A stretch of DNA of 64,000 nucleotides, from the sequence record PZ452598.1, one strand, 5' to 3'. This DNA is from a phage. The notes under the pieces were generated by a model. That model did not search any database. It had not been told where the DNA came from and saw only the letters and a list, made by a program, of their open reading frames with translations. This document shows, one piece after another, positions 29,280 to 39,133 of this stretch (position 1 is the stretch's first letter; each line of letters opens with the position of its first letter). The position numbers were made by a program, and so were the translations under genes.

Positions 29280-29623
29280 CTAGTACTCAATCCTCGATTA
29301 TAAGAATCTACCAAACGGTCAACCATTGAATGACAAGCGGCTTTATCTTTCTCCTCCGCAACTGAACATTCTAAGGTATTCCACTTTTTAGCATATCGTT
29401 TTAACAATGTATCGTTTTTGTATCTGCTTGATTTATCTCTTTCTCCGTCTTTATATGCATATATTAATTTCTGTGCAAATTCAGCTTGGCATGCCTTATT
29501 TTTCCCACAATAATCTGCCGCAGTGCGGTTTACATATTCTCTAATTTCAGTATATGATGTATCTGCTGACGCAGAAGCAGAAAATGAAATTAATCCTATA
29601 CATAAAACCAAAATTTTAGTCAT
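29276..29623 (-). CDS. vs: valyl-tRNA synthetase modifier Vs (secreted, signal peptide)
   Basis: 115-aa ORF with signal peptide (MTKILVLCIGLISFSASASA). Position between tk.4 and regB as in T4. Confidence 0.7.
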   Translation of the reverse strand: MTKILVLCIGLISFSASASADTSYTEIREYVNRTAADYCGKNKACQAEFAQKLIYAYKDGERDKSSRYKNDTLLKRYAKKWNTLECSVAEEKDKAACHSMVDRLVDSYNRGLSTR

Positions 29624-30161
29624 TTACTATTTCCAAAAGTTTATTATTTTTAAGGTAATTAGCCTTTTCTAGGACTTCAGAAGCATATTTAGAACCTGCT
29701 TTAACATTCCATCCCGAATTATAAGAGGATATTGCTTTTCTTATATCGCCCTTATGTATATTTAACCAATAAGAAAGTTCAATGTACGCCCAGGAAGCTG
29801 AATTGGATCGTTTATTCAACATTCTTTTTATTTCAGCATCGGTCATATTATAACCAAGTTCCTTAACTCTTGCTCGCATAGTAGGCAAATAATTTTGGAA
29901 CATTCCGTAGGCGTGATGCTTTGGTTTAGATTTTAAATTAACTCCGCCAGAGCTTTCTTGCCATAAAATGGCAGCCATTATATGACCTAATCCGCTCTTG
30001 TGGATATTTTTGTGTGTTTTATATTTTCCATCCTTAGAAAATTGTTCCCCGAATTGATACGCGTAACGCATGTTATCGAGTTGGACATTACTGAAAGTAT
30101 GCTCGGAGCTATGTGCCATCATTGAAATGGCCAATAGACCAGCGAGTAGTGCTTTTCTCAT
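29616..30161 (-). CDS. secreted lytic-transglycosylase-like protein (T4 vs.1 position)
   Basis: 181 aa with signal peptide and SLT-like motifs (ILWQESSGG, YGMFQ). Confidence 0.65.
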   Translation of the reverse strand: MRKALLAGLLAISMMAHSSEHTFSNVQLDNMRYAYQFGEQFSKDGKYKTHKNIHKSGLGHIMAAILWQESSGGVNLKSKPKHHAYGMFQNYLPTMRARVKELGYNMTDAEIKRMLNKRSNSASWAYIELSYWLNIHKGDIRKAISSYNSGWNVKAGSKYASEVLEKANYLKNNKLLEIVND

Positions 30162-30168
30162 GCTTACC

Positions 30169-30630
30169 TCATTGAGTTTTAATTACTGCTTTAGAAGCCT
30201 TTCCTGGTAAACGACGACTGTTGATAATTGCCATCCTACATTGAAGTGACGGGTCTTTGAACTTCTCGTTAGGTTTACAAACTGTAAATCCAAGCCAAAG
30301 ATTTCCATCTGTGATTTCTAAACGTCCAGGACGATATTCAACCCCATCAATAAAATCCTCGTCAATGTCAGGACGCGGAGGCATACTCAGGAATTCATTA
30401 ACTTCTAAAACATGGTCTTTTATTTTATGGAATAATTCAAAAACGTATGTCTCATCAATCTCCCGTTGAATTGCGCGATCAAGAAGATGTTGAGAATATT
30501 TTAGATGAAACGATGAGACTCCTGCTGCTTTTGATGCCTCACGAATCTCATTGTTAATTTGACGAAACTCCGACTCAAAGTGACGACGAAGCTTATTTCG
30601 ACGGATAAAAACTTCTGTATTGATAGTCAT
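30169..30630 (-). CDS. regB: sequence-specific endoribonuclease RegB (cleaves GGAG in early mRNA)
   Basis: 153-aa ORF preceded by its own early promoter. Length matches T4 RegB. Confidence 0.85.
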   Translation of the reverse strand: MTINTEVFIRRNKLRRHFESEFRQINNEIREASKAAGVSSFHLKYSQHLLDRAIQREIDETYVFELFHKIKDHVLEVNEFLSMPPRPDIDEDFIDGVEYRPGRLEITDGNLWLGFTVCKPNEKFKDPSLQCRMAIINSRRLPGKASKAVIKTQ

Positions 30631-30649
30631 GTTATTCTCCTCTTAACTG

Positions 30650-30690
30650 ATAGAAAAATTATACCACAGTCAAGAGGAAAAGTAAACAGT
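30650..30690 (-). promoter_or_regulatory. T4-type early promoter for regB
   Basis: Minus strand reads GTTTACTTTTCCTCTTGACTGTGGTATAAT. Confidence 0.55.
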
Positions 30691-30968
30691 TATTCTTTAA
30701 ATCTAATCAATTTATTCATAGACTTTGAAACTTCGGCACGAACCTCATGTAGATTTTTGAGCTGTTCAAGACGCTGCGTATAGTAAGCAATTTCATCTTC
30801 TTCGAGACAGTCCTGCGAATCTTCTTTAAGATAACGTGCATAGTCCTGGAAAGCGTTACGGACTACTTCCTGGAAGTCATCAAGACTTTGAATTTTCTTA
30901 GGAGCAACAGATACACGACGAGGGGCAGTATAATACTCATAACCAAACCCTGCGCTTAATTGAGCCAT
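30690..30968 (-). CDS. hypothetical protein (T4 vs.3 position); start trimmed
   Basis: Track ORF 106 aa. Likely start [13 protein letters not shown], whose ATG overlaps the upstream stop (TAATG). Confidence 0.5.
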   Translation of the reverse strand: MAQLSAGFGYEYYTAPRRVSVAPKKIQSLDDFQEVVRNAFQDYARYLKEDSQDCLEEDEIAYYTQRLEQLKNLHEVRAEVSKSMNKLIRFKE

Positions 30969-31270
30969 TAGTATTTTTCCTCTGGTTGGAACACTGCACG
31001 ACAAGCCCACATACTGGCTTCTTTGAGTTTCGTTTTAGCAATAGTTAACTGATCGAGACTTTCAGCATAATTCTTCGCGAATTCACAGTCTTCGCAATTA
31101 TCTAGTGCTTCCCAGAATTCATCATATAAAGCATCAAAGATAAGTCCTAAACGAACTTCAGCGTCTTTAATAGCATTTACTTTACCGATTTTCTCTTCAG
31201 TATGTGGTTTATAACCCTTAATATCTTCAATCATATTTGACTTCCTCACCAGTACATAAATCGTATTCAA
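30968..31270 (-). CDS. candidate anti-CBASS cyclic-oligonucleotide sponge (Acb2-like; T4 vs.4 position)
   Basis: 100-aa track ORF with a TTG start; first ATG is at codon 13. Identity rests on position (second ORF after regB) and size. The sequence itself was not recognised. Confidence 0.45.
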   Translation of the reverse strand: MNTIYVLVRKSNMIEDIKGYKPHTEEKIGKVNAIKDAEVRLGLIFDALYDEFWEALDNCEDCEFAKNYAESLDQLTIAKTKLKEASMWACRAVFQPEEKY

Positions 31271-31448
31271 CTAAACGAATAGGTTCATGAATGCCATAGC
31301 CTTGAACAGAAATTTCTGTCGTAGGATAAATTCCATCAATATCACCCATATTCCACGCTTCATTAAATTGCTGTTCGCCTGAGTTACTAAACCACTCGGC
31401 GAAAGCATTTAGCACATCTTCAGAACCTTCAATAATTATCTTTGCCAT
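31227..31448 (-). CDS. hypothetical acidic protein (T4 vs.5 position)
   Basis: 73-aa ORF. Confidence 0.5.
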   Translation of the reverse strand: MAKIIIEGSEDVLNAFAEWFSNSGEQQFNEAWNMGDIDGIYPTTEISVQGYGIHEPIRLVEYDLCTGEEVKYD

Positions 31449-31810
31449 TACAAACTTTCAGTAAAGGTACGAGCGATAACGTCGCGCTGCTGTTCCGGAG
31501 TCAGAGAGTTAAAGCGAACTGCATAACCGGATACACGGATGGTCAGCTGCGGATATTTTTCCGGATGCTTAACTGCATCTTCCAGAGTTTCACGACGCAG
31601 AACGTTAACGTTCAGGTGTTGACCACCTTCAATTTTAACTGTAGGTTGTGGCTCAATTTCAATTTCACGGGCATGCAAACCATAGAAAATTTCTGGGTCT
31701 ACAAAAGAGTCCTCTTTAAAGGTTTTAGAGACAATAATTCGTGCTTGAATACCATCTTCAAAATAAATAGTACCTTTATGTGTGCCTTCAAGAATTTGAT
31801 ATGCTTTCAT
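31448..31810 (-). CDS. autonomous glycyl-radical cofactor (GrcA/YfiD homolog; T4 Y06I)
   Basis: 120 aa. C-terminal half ([63 protein letters not shown]) is essentially the E. coli YfiD/PFL C-terminus with glycyl-radical motif RVSGY. Confidence 0.85.
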   Translation of the reverse strand: MKAYQILEGTHKGTIYFEDGIQARIIVSKTFKEDSFVDPEIFYGLHAREIEIEPQPTVKIEGGQHLNVNVLRRETLEDAVKHPEKYPQLTIRVSGYAVRFNSLTPEQQRDVIARTFTESL

Positions 31811-31817
31811 ATAAACC

Positions 31818-32147
31818 TCAATTAGAAAATAAATTTATCCAAGATTGTTCTTTAATTAAAAATGGCTCAGAATCATATGCCATTAAACTTTGCGTAATTA
31901 ATCCTTTAAAAGGTCCATCAATAAATTCCATGGTAAAATATGGAATTTTATTCATTAGCCGTGCATTAGGAGCAGTGCACAAAACTCTGCATCCTTTGAA
32001 TACGCCTTTTTGTAATTTGTATTGCTTGGGATAAAATTCGCTCAAAATGTTATTTTTTGCCAAAATTTCAAAATGATTCACCAATTTATTTTTAATAGTT
32101 TTTGGCGAAAAATAAAGATATTCGAAAAGCTGAGTGTCTGTCATCAT
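31818..32147 (-). CDS. hypothetical protein (T4 vs.7 position); start trimmed
   Basis: Track ORF 126 aa. Likely start [10 protein letters not shown] with ATGA-type overlap of the upstream stop. Confidence 0.5.
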   Translation of the reverse strand: MMTDTQLFEYLYFSPKTIKNKLVNHFEILAKNNILSEFYPKQYKLQKGVFKGCRVLCTAPNARLMNKIPYFTMEFIDGPFKGLITQSLMAYDSEPFLIKEQSWINLFSN

Positions 32148-32794
32148 TGCATTCCGATTACGAAAAACTGTGGACGAGTAATACCACCAATGCAACATTT
32201 ACTATTACAGCAGTAGTGTACGGTGTCAATATGGACACTATAAATCTTATCCATATCAGGAGATTTGACAGGCTCATCAATTATATACAAAATTCGCGAA
32301 AGCTTTAAACCTCTGAACTTGCTTCCTTTATTACCAATAAAACTGCGTACAGAATCAGTAAATAAACGAAAACGTATATCATCATTAGAATAACGCGAAA
32401 ATTCCTTTTTGATGTTATTTGCAGAAATTTTAGCATAAGCTGAAGTATTAGAAAGAACAATAACTGTTCCGCCATCATACAACCAATTAGCAGCAAAGTT
32501 AGTCACAGCAATTGATTTACCGGATTGACGTCCACCATCTAGTCGAAGTGTACAATACTGTTTAAGTAAGTCTTCAAATGGCGGGATATATTCGTTTTTA
32601 CAAATTTCTTCTACTCTAGCATCAGAATGGTGTGTAAAAGCATTCATCAGGGATAGATAAGGACCAGTTAAAAATGTTCTCATTTCTTCTCTATAAGTTT
32701 GGGCCATTCCGTGGCGCATGAATTGTCCATTTCTGTATTTACCCATTACCGCGCTTGGGCTCGACCTTATTACAGGTTGGCGGGAATCCCTCAT
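32144..32794 (-). CDS. P-loop NTPase-like protein (T4 vs.8 position)
   Basis: 216 aa with Walker A-like GGRQSGKS and Walker B-like ILYIIDEP. Cysteine-rich C-terminus (HYCCNSKCC). Confidence 0.55.
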   Translation of the reverse strand: MRDSRQPVIRSSPSAVMGKYRNGQFMRHGMAQTYREEMRTFLTGPYLSLMNAFTHHSDARVEEICKNEYIPPFEDLLKQYCTLRLDGGRQSGKSIAVTNFAANWLYDGGTVIVLSNTSAYAKISANNIKKEFSRYSNDDIRFRLFTDSVRSFIGNKGSKFRGLKLSRILYIIDEPVKSPDMDKIYSVHIDTVHYCCNSKCCIGGITRPQFFVIGMQ

Positions 32795-32820
32795 ATAATC
32801 ATGAGGTCCAGGTTGTTCCC

Positions 32821-33237
32821 TTATGCATAAATCGCCTTACCGTAGTATTTGTACCAAGTAGGACGTTGTGCAATTTTTTCATCTAAACGAGCTTGTGATA
32901 TAGCAATAGAAGCTTCATGGGGAATATAATCACCACGGAATTCCTGAGGAATATCACTAATATCCTGGACTGTAGTATCCTTGATATTAAAACCACGTTT
33001 TAAACATTCAGCTATAAGCTCAATTTGACGTTTACGTAAGAACTCGAGCTTATCGTAAAAGAATGTAACATGACCTGCGCCAAGGATAAAAGTAGGACTG
33101 ATTTTAAAATCACGAACACGTTTACCGTTAGCAACATGCTTACGAACTGCACCAAAAACACGCGGCAATTCACGATATTCAGCCATTAAGTGTTGGTCAG
33201 CCAATTCAGATACTAAAGTAAGGTTGATACGAGTCAT
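32821..33237 (-). CDS. denV: endonuclease V (pyrimidine-dimer DNA glycosylase/AP lyase)
   Basis: 138-aa ORF ([34 protein letters not shown]...). Matches T4 DenV in length and sequence. Confidence 0.95.
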
Positions 33238-33297
33238 TTTAGTGTTCTCCTGTAGTTGATAGGTCTATAGTATCATACCTACAGGAGATGTAAACTG

Positions 33298-33600
33298 TTA
33301 TTTATCTTTAATTGCTTTAGCTGCTTCGATAGCCGCTTGCTGAAGGTCATCCATAGACATGCCGAACTTAGAAGCAAAGTTATCAATTTTCTTTTCGACG
33401 GCATTCAAAGGCTTGGCCTGTTTACCTTCATTAGCGCCAGGAAGAGCGAGAATACGCTCTCTGTCAATATAAAGGCTTACAAGTTTCTTACGGTCTTTAT
33501 CGGGCAAATCATGAAATGAATGGGCCTTTTTATTTACAGCGGCTTCTAATTTACCTGCGCCCACTCGCGCTTCGGCAATAAATTCTTGATATGTTTTCAT
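33298..33600 (-). CDS. ipII: internal protein II
   Basis: 100 aa with capsid-targeting N-terminus MKTYQEFIAEA shared with ipIII. Lysine-rich. Confidence 0.85.
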   Translation of the reverse strand: MKTYQEFIAEARVGAGKLEAAVNKKAHSFHDLPDKDRKKLVSLYIDRERILALPGANEGKQAKPLNAVEKKIDNFASKFGMSMDDLQQAAIEAAKAIKDK

Positions 33601-33615
33601 ATGTTTCCTTTAAAT
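33569..33615 (-). repeat. 47-nt exact direct repeat, copy 1 (ipII 5' end plus leader)
   Basis: gcttcggcaataaattcttgatatgttttcatatgtttcctttaaat is identical at 34266-34312. Covers the SD and first 10 codons. Confidence 0.9.
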
Positions 33616-33639
33616 GTAAATATTTTTATTATTCTATCC

Positions 33640-33683
33640 TAGAATTGTGATAATATATTCACAATTCTAGGAGTTGTAAACTG
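33640..33683 (-). promoter_or_regulatory. T4-type early promoter upstream of ipII
   Basis: Minus strand has GTTTAC (-35) and an AT-rich -10 (TATATTAT) at appropriate spacing. Confidence 0.5.
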
Positions 33684-33715
33684 CTTTTATTTAAGCGTCC
33701 CAAGTATAAGCTTTA

Positions 33716-34297
33716 TTAAGAATTACCACGGGCTGCATTAGCAACGGCGTAAGCGTACTGAATATTAGCGTCTTTAAACTTACCTTTAGAGGTATCTATT
33801 TCTGCCTTAAAGCCGCCTTTAGTCATAACATCGGCAAATTCTTTACGGAAAGCCATTGCATCAAGACCTTTCCATGATGATTTATGCTTGGCAAATTCAA
33901 GACCTGCGAAGTTGACAGCTTTAGCCAATTTATTATCAATGACCCATTTACCGGCTTTAGGCACAAACTTCGGGCCTTTCTGTTTAGAGAACAGTTTTAA
34001 ATTCCAGCGGCGAAGGTCTGCATCAGCTTTAACAAATTCTGAGTCTAAGTTACTAGCAACAACATCTTCAATATGAGCAAATTTAAGTCCGTCAACTTCA
34101 ATATTTAAATCGGTACGCCAGCGAAGTCCTTCCCAAGCGAAGGCTTTAAAGTCGGAAGCCTTTGTAGCTAAGTACCGTTCAATAGGAGCTGTTTTAGGGT
34201 CAAAGCCGTTTCCTGATCGGTAGGTCCACTCATCTTTGTTAATGCCTTTGGCCTTTACTACAGAAGCTTCGGCAATAAATTCTTGATATGTTTTCAT
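33716..34297 (-). CDS. ipIII: internal protein III
   Basis: 193 aa, N-terminus MKTYQEFIAEASVVKAKG. Length matches T4 IPIII. Confidence 0.85.
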   Translation of the reverse strand: MKTYQEFIAEASVVKAKGINKDEWTYRSGNGFDPKTAPIERYLATKASDFKAFAWEGLRWRTDLNIEVDGLKFAHIEDVVASNLDSEFVKADADLRRWNLKLFSKQKGPKFVPKAGKWVIDNKLAKAVNFAGLEFAKHKSSWKGLDAMAFRKEFADVMTKGGFKAEIDTSKGKFKDANIQYAYAVANAARGNS

Positions 34298-34312
34298 ATG
34301 TTTCCTTTAAAT
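34266..34312 (-). repeat. 47-nt exact direct repeat, copy 2 (ipIII 5' end plus leader)
   Basis: Identical to 33569-33615. Confidence 0.9.
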
Positions 34313-34334
34313 ATTTTAATTAGTAATTGTCTAT

Positions 34335-34382
34335 TCAAGTAATTGTGAATATACTATCACAATTCCAAGAGAAAGTAAACAG
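34335..34382 (-). promoter_or_regulatory. T4-type early promoter upstream of ipIII
   Basis: Minus strand reads GTTTACTTTCTCTTGGAATTGTGATAGTATATTCAC. Confidence 0.5.
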
Positions 34383-34384
34383 CT

Positions 34385-35353
<969 letters not shown>

Positions 35354-35372
<19 letters not shown>

Positions 35373-35545
35373 TCAGTGATAAAGTTATTTAAATTTTGAG
35401 CATATTTCTTTTCATCAAAAATCTTTTGCTGTCTGCGTAACCGCCATGGCATTTCAATGAACATACGCCATATTCCTGATAATACTGCTGCTGTAAAAAT
35501 ATTAACAAGTATAGTTAAAAGAATCCAATCGCCTATTCTGTCCAT
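35354..35545 (-). CDS. small membrane protein, tandem family member
   Basis: 63 aa with N-terminal TM helix. C-terminus NFITECRKLK is encoded by the junction cassette tgcaggaaa. Confidence 0.55.
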
Positions 35546-35841
35546 TGGATTTTTATAAAAAAGTAAAATACGAATGATGATATAGGAAGACTAATGATAT
35601 ACCACAGAAGAACCTTCTTATCTGTGAACCAATCAGCATTCGTTAACTTAGCGCGACCATTTTGAATACACACGAATTTATCATCTGTTACAGTAAATGG
35701 CTTAGCTGCTTGATATCCCATTCTAAACTCCCTAATTAATCGTTTCTTTGTATCTTCGGAACAACCATTCCAATCAACTCTATCAACTGGAATGCCATCA
35801 TCCCCATCATCTAAATCATACCAGCGAGTTTTTAAAATCAT
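35533..35841 (-). CDS. small protein with C-terminal TM helix
   Basis: 102-aa ORF. ATGA overlap with the upstream gene. Confidence 0.55.
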   Translation of the reverse strand: MILKTRWYDLDDGDDGIPVDRVDWNGCSEDTKKRLIREFRMGYQAAKPFTVTDDKFVCIQNGRAKLTNADWFTDKKVLLWYIISLPISSFVFYFFIKIQWTE

Positions 35842-36200
35842 TTAATTTTCCTGCAATCAATCACAAACTCTTTCATTGATTCATTTTCAATATAAGACAT
35901 GTAGCTATTATATTCTTTTAATTGTATTTTGTAATCCTTTTTTCTTTGCCAATTTATTTTAAAATTATCATAATGAAAATATAAAATGATACCAAAGAAT
36001 GAAAACAATGAAATAATTTTAGTATAACAAAGCTCGCTCCAAACTTCTATTATATCTACTGTACCACTGATTTTTAAAATAAAACAGTCAATTAATAGTC
36101 CAATAAGACTACCTGTAAGAGCTGCAGCCAACGCCACAGCAAAAATTAAAAATGACTCAGAAAACGAATATTTGACTTTATTTAGCTTTGGCTTTTGCAT
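35838..36200 (-). CDS. two-TM membrane protein, tandem family member
   Basis: 120 aa, starts MQKPKL. C-terminus EFVIDCRKIK. Confidence 0.6.
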   Translation of the reverse strand: MQKPKLNKVKYSFSESFLIFAVALAAALTGSLIGLLIDCFILKISGTVDIIEVWSELCYTKIISLFSFFGIILYFHYDNFKINWQRKKDYKIQLKEYNSYMSYIENESMKEFVIDCRKIK

Positions 36201-36574
36201 CGTGATTCCTTAACAAATTTCATAATTTCATTAAATTCATACTCAGCAAGTTTAAGCTGGTGTTCCTTTTTAATCTTTTTGCACTGGGCTTTCCAATCAC
36301 GTACGCGTTTACGATAATGTCTTCCTTGATACCAGTATCCTATCCAATTTACGGGTACTAATAAAAATGGAACTACCAATGGAAGAGTTAGCATTAACAT
36401 AATTATTACGCCAGAATCAATATCAGTCATAACATCTAAAACACCTCCAATAATCAATAGAATTACAAATGATATAGCTATCACAGGACCTATTAATACA
36501 TCAGTAGAAATTATCTGGCGCTTTAATTCATACTTCAAAGGTTTACTTGGAAGGTATAGTGATGGCTTTGACAT
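36182..36574 (-). CDS. two-TM membrane protein, tandem family member; start trimmed
   Basis: Track ORF starts at TTG. ATG at MSKPSLYL has SD AAGGAA. C-terminus MKFVKESRCKS. Confidence 0.6.
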   Translation of the reverse strand: MSKPSLYLPSKPLKYELKRQIISTDVLIGPVIAISFVILLIIGGVLDVMTDIDSGVIIMLMLTLPLVVPFLLVPVNWIGYWYQGRHYRKRVRDWKAQCKKIKKEHQLKLAEYEFNEIMKFVKESRCKSQS

Positions 36575-37151
36575 ATTCTCTACATTCCTTAACAAATTTT
36601 TCTAGTAATAAATCACTTTCAAAATTAGGATTTTCCACTAATTTATCAAAAAGATCATCAACAATATTCAAGATATTTCTTTTACTAAGAATACGTTTAT
36701 TTTCATGCTTCGTTTCAGAATCAACTATAAGAGTAAAGAAATATTTCTTTCCCTGAAATTTTACCGTAGTATCAATATAAAATAAATTTGACTTTTGTAA
36801 ATTACGTTTAAACCATGCGTCACTTAAACTATAAACACCGAGATAATCAAAATCGTCGTTTAAATAACAAACTGACCATTCAGGAGAAATGAAATCAGTA
36901 AATTCAACATCAAAATCACATGTCAATGAATGAATTGATTCAATACTGTTAATAAGTATTCCAGGACGTATTAAAGACTTTTTACCTCTGGAAAATCTTC
37001 CAGAAAGACTTTCATCAGTTTCATATGAAGAACCCCAATAATAATTACGTCCTTTTGCCATATGTTTAAGAGCATTTAGTAATTGGTCTGGAACATCAAC
37101 GTGTCTTTGGAACTCTTCAAACATTGAATTGAAATCACTTTGCATTTTCAT
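36543..37151 (-). CDS. hypothetical protein
   Basis: 202 aa. C-terminus EKFVKECREY is encoded by the same junction cassette as the membrane paralogs. Confidence 0.6.
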   Translation of the reverse strand: MKMQSDFNSMFEEFQRHVDVPDQLLNALKHMAKGRNYYWGSSYETDESLSGRFSRGKKSLIRPGILINSIESIHSLTCDFDVEFTDFISPEWSVCYLNDDFDYLGVYSLSDAWFKRNLQKSNLFYIDTTVKFQGKKYFFTLIVDSETKHENKRILSKRNILNIVDDLFDKLVENPNFESDLLLEKFVKECREYVKAITIPSK

Positions 37152-37173
37152 TCCTATTTACTCCAAGTAATAG

Positions 37174-37187
37174 GGGGCCGAAGCCCC
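37174..37187 (-). promoter_or_regulatory. UUCG-tetraloop hairpin between ORFs
   Basis: Plus-strand ggggccgaagcccc directly 3' of the 37194-37787 ORF stop. Confidence 0.45.
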
Positions 37188-37193
37188 TTATCA

Positions 37194-37787
37194 TTATTTC
37201 AGAGAATTAATATATTCCTGAACATCGGCAGAGGTAGTTTCAACCCCAGAAATATTACCATTAAAGGTTTCAACTCGAGCAAGAGTATCTTCAATATCAA
37301 CCTTAGTCAGTGCTGCAATTTCAACTACATCATCAGCAGTACTAATTCCAAGGGCATTTGCTGCACGAGTTTCACGGATATATTCCAATTTAACTGCAAG
37401 TTCTTGGCGAGCATCATCTAACTCAACTACTTTCTTGGCGATTTCAATTCGCATTTCAGCATAACCATCAGCTTTAGTAGTCAGCTGTTCAGCTGTTCGA
37501 CGATATAGCAAGCCGAGTTTAGCATGCATTGTTACATCTTGACCTTCGGAAAGAAGCTTGCGAATTTCACGCTCTTTTGATTCGGCCTGTTTATTCTTTT
37601 CAACAATAAGTTCACGAATACGTTTTTCTTCATTAATAGATTTAACAGAAGCAGTTTTTAGGTCTTTAATTTTATCAAGTAGTTTTGCTGCTGCAGCAGT
37701 ATACTGTTCTTCAACAGATAGATTTTTAGCCATTGCAGAACCAAGTTTAGTGCGAATAAACTCAACAATTTTCTTCAGTGTGTTCAT
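37194..37787 (-). CDS. hypothetical coiled-coil protein
   Basis: 197 aa, largely heptad/charged sequence. Confidence 0.6.
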
Positions 37788-37809
37788 AGTATTTCCTTAG
37801 GTTGGTATA

Positions 37810-37851
37810 ATTAGATAATATAATATCACGTTTCTAATAGATTGTAAACTT
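37810..37851 (-). promoter_or_regulatory. T4-type early promoter
   Basis: Minus strand reads GTTTACAATCTATTAGAAACGTGATATTAT. Confidence 0.5.
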
Positions 37852-38185
37852 ATTCTTCGTCTAGCTCGTCGATAAAGGCGTTGATGGCCTCGATAATGGC
37901 ATCATTGATAGCCAATAAAATAAAATCATCGTCAGTACCTTTAGAAGATTCTAAAGCATTGATATATGCTTGGTTGACGAGTTCCCAAGCCTTTTTAAAA
38001 TAAGGAGCTTCATCATCAGGACAAATATCCCGCACGCCTTCAAAGATACGTTTGGCATAATCTAACACCCATTGTACAGGCATGTTTTGAGAACGTTCGT
38101 TAAACTCTTTAAAGTCCTTAGATTCAAAAAGCTCTTCAGGATAATTATTTCTATTACAAAAAGCTTTACTAAAGTTACGTTTCAT
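37850..38185 (-). CDS. hypothetical protein
   Basis: 111-aa ORF with SD GAGGAAAA. Confidence 0.55.
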   Translation of the reverse strand: MKRNFSKAFCNRNNYPEELFESKDFKEFNERSQNMPVQWVLDYAKRIFEGVRDICPDDEAPYFKKAWELVNQAYINALESSKGTDDDFILLAINDAIIEAINAFIDELDEE

Positions 38186-38199
38186 AATGTTTTCCTCAT

Positions 38200-38243
38200 T
38201 TGTATAGGCTCATAATATCTCAATCATGAGCCTATGTAAACTT
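38200..38243 (-). promoter_or_regulatory. T4-type early promoter
   Basis: Minus strand reads GTTTACATAGGCTCATGATTGAGATATTAT. Confidence 0.5.
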
Positions 38244-38505
38244 ATTTCATATTATTGAAATATTCTTCTGCGATTTCGTCGTTATCATGGTAAACTTTAG
38301 AAGACAGTTTAACATAACTTTCAGCAGTGAACATGTTAATCACAACCTTTACAGTATACCACTGACCGTCTTCATTACCCATTACTGCGTAAGTTTCAAA
38401 CATCGGATGGTCAGGACCGATAACTTTAATATCATTCACCGTACGACCGAAATCTTCTGAAACACATTTCATAAAGAAGTTGAAAAGTTCACCGTAATTA
38501 TCCAT
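38242..38505 (-). CDS. hypothetical protein; start trimmed
   Basis: Track ORF 108 aa reads through the promoter/leader. ATG MDNYGELF follows SD GGAGAA. Confidence 0.5.
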   Translation of the reverse strand: MDNYGELFNFFMKCVSEDFGRTVNDIKVIGPDHPMFETYAVMGNEDGQWYTVKVVINMFTAESYVKLSSKVYHDNDEIAEEYFNNMK

Positions 38506-38539
38506 TTTATTCTCCAAGTTATTTTCTGTATCAGTAGTT

Positions 38540-38580
38540 GATAGTTGTATAGTACCATGGAAGAACAAGGATGTAAACAG
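38540..38580 (-). promoter_or_regulatory. T4-type early promoter with conserved leader
   Basis: Minus strand reads GTTTACATCCTTGTTCTTCCATGGTACTATACAACTATCAACTACTGA. Confidence 0.55.
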
Positions 38581-38704
38581 TTTTGTGAAAAAATTTTTAA
38601 AAAGTTTTAGGGAATTCTAGGGCGGAGAGGGGCAATTAAAAGATAGGATAATATATTATAAAGGGTATAAACTAAATGATGCCTAGAGAGGTCTGGAAAG
38701 GCTT

Positions 38705-39050
38705 AGATACCAAAAAGCCCCAACCTTTCGGTCGGGGCTAAGCCTTGCGGCAACCTTGTCGGGGTTCCACCTGCCAAGGCAAGTGTTTGTACGAAACGCC
38801 GGGATTCGAACCCGGTTATTAAGTAGTTGACGCTACTCAATATTTTTAAAAGGCCATATCTCAACCATATCCGAACGTTCCGTCAAAAACGCTACTCGGC
38901 TTACGGCAAAGATATTTCCTCGAATCGATAATTTGGTGCGCCGTTTCTGCTGTGATGTAAGAGGGCATCAATAAACGCAAAGATTATTAACGCAATTCCT
39001 TACTCAGGGAACATCAGTCCGACGACTTACCGGTAGCGACCCGGTTTCTC
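38705..39050 (-). ncRNA. region expected to encode two small stable RNAs (T4 species 1/2, rnaC/rnaD-like) ending in a terminator hairpin
   Basis: About 350 nt with no ORF, 3' of tRNA-Arg. Contains a tRNA-like T-arm (GGGUUCGAAUCCCGG) and a terminal hairpin plus U-run near 38709-38737. Boundaries not resolved. Confidence 0.4.
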
Positions 39051-39052
39051 AT

Positions 39053-39127
39053 TTGGTATCCCGCCCTGGGATCGAACCAGGACCGCAAACTTAGAAGGAT
39101 CGTATGCTATCCATTACACCAGCGGGA
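39053..39127 (-). tRNA. tRNA-Arg (anticodon UCU), CCA encoded
   Basis: Hand-folded: acceptor GUCCCGC/GCGGGAU, T-arm GGUUCGAUCC, anticodon loop CUUCUAA, 3' ACCA. Confidence 0.8.
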
Positions 39128-39133
39128 CGTAAT

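Noticed and set aside
37194-37787. Possible PspA/IM30-like identity for the 197-aa coiled-coil protein
   Set aside because: Similarity is limited to coiled-coil composition and a short DTLAR string; no convincing alignment, so left as hypothetical.
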